A stretch of DNA of 64,000 nucleotides from the NCBI GenBank assembly GCA_016183365.1, contig JACPES010000002.1:12779-76778 (forward strand). The letters are read 5' to 3'. The notes beneath the pieces are model-generated. The model ran no database searches, had not been told where the DNA came from, and worked only from the letters and a program-made list of their open reading frames with translations. This DNA comes from Candidatus Collierbacteria bacterium. Its GTDB lineage: Bacteria > Patescibacteriota > Microgenomatia > UBA1400 > JACPES01. The translations under genes were made by a program, and so were the position numbers. Positions 63,571 through 64,000 of the stretch are shown piece after piece. Each line of letters starts with the position of its first letter. Positions within the stretch are counted from its first letter, which is position 1.

Positions 63571-64000
63571 ATGACAGAAAAATGGCAACGAAAAGCAAGA
63601 AAAACAGTTTTAGAATCACCTTGGATACGGGTGCACGAAGACGAGTACGTTCTCCCGGATGGACAAAAAATACCACACTACTACATTTGGGAAAACAGCG
63701 ACTCAGCATTATGTGTTTGTAAAGTCGGGGAAGATAATGTCTTATTAACTCGTCAATACCGTCCGGGTATCGAGAAATTTACTGTCTGTCACCCCGGCGG
63801 ACGCTTGGAGTCGTCAGATGCTTCTCCGGTTTCGGGAGCATTAAGAGAATTACTTGAAGAGACTGGGTACACTCCGCAGAAAATTACTCCTCTAGGGAGG
63901 TTTGGTCAGATTCCGGCAATCACTCCCAACAGGGTTCATATTTTTCTCGTCCAATGCGAACCTTCGTCGAACCAGTCAGCCCCGGAACCGTCGGAGAAAA
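63571..64000 (+). CDS. NUDIX hydrolase; the 3' end lies beyond the window
   Basis: Manual translation gives MTEKWQRKARKTVLESPWIRVHEDEYVLPDGQK ... GGRLESSDASPVSGALRELLEETGY (Nudix box). No stop codon is reached before 64000. Confidence 0.65.
   Translation, partial: MTEKWQRKARKTVLESPWIRVHEDEYVLPDGQKIPHYYIWENSDSALCVCKVGEDNVLLTRQYRPGIEKFTVCHPGGRLESSDASPVSGALRELLEETGYTPQKITPLGRFGQIPAITPNRVHIFLVQCEPSSNQSAPEPSEK

Noticed and set aside
1-64000. CRISPR array
   Set aside because: Many repeats are present, but none forms a regular repeat-spacer array. They are dispersed palindromic or tandem elements, and no cas genes were recognised.

Overview
This 64 kb window looks like a small, AT-rich (about 40-43% GC) bacterial genome. 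A compact rplK-rplA-rplJ-rplL / secE-nusG cluster, tiny intergenic spacers, many lineage-specific hypothetical proteins and a domain-deleted L1 are consistent with a reduced-genome Candidate Phyla Radiation (Patescibacteria)-type bacterium; that placement is inference from gene content only. Recognisable housekeeping genes include rplL/J/A/K, nusG, secE, rpmG, rpmB, rpsB, tsf, frr, fmt, def, galU, glyA, folD, mreB/C/D, mrdA, a murF-like ligase, an rseP-like protease, topA, dprA, an ndk-like gene, and dCMP deaminase plus a thymidylate-synthase-like gene. I call four tRNAs by hand folding: Thr-TGT, Tyr-GTA, Thr-GGT (minus strand) and Trp-CCA. The window also holds two IS200-like Y1 (RAYT-type) transposases, two VapBC-like toxin-antitoxin pairs, a DNA N6-adenine methyltransferase next to an apparently split nuclease-like ORF pair, and a radical SAM/SPASM enzyme. 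The dominant unusual feature is a large set of short palindromic, MITE-like and REP-like repeat families. They lie intergenically, and they also sit in frame inside essential genes (rplJ, fmt, def, folD, mrdA, murF-like, rseP, topA) without breaking the reading frame, which recalls Rickettsia palindromic elements. The strongest candidate for an undescribed system is a higher-GC (about 53%) co-directional block of five unknown genes at 17.5-22.3 kb, which contains two paralogous membrane proteins. It is transcribed divergently from a membrane-anchored PaaX-like regulator whose gene is bracketed by a palindromic motif that recurs once more upstream of mreB. A Cys-rich, Pro/Thr-linker surface protein lies next to it.
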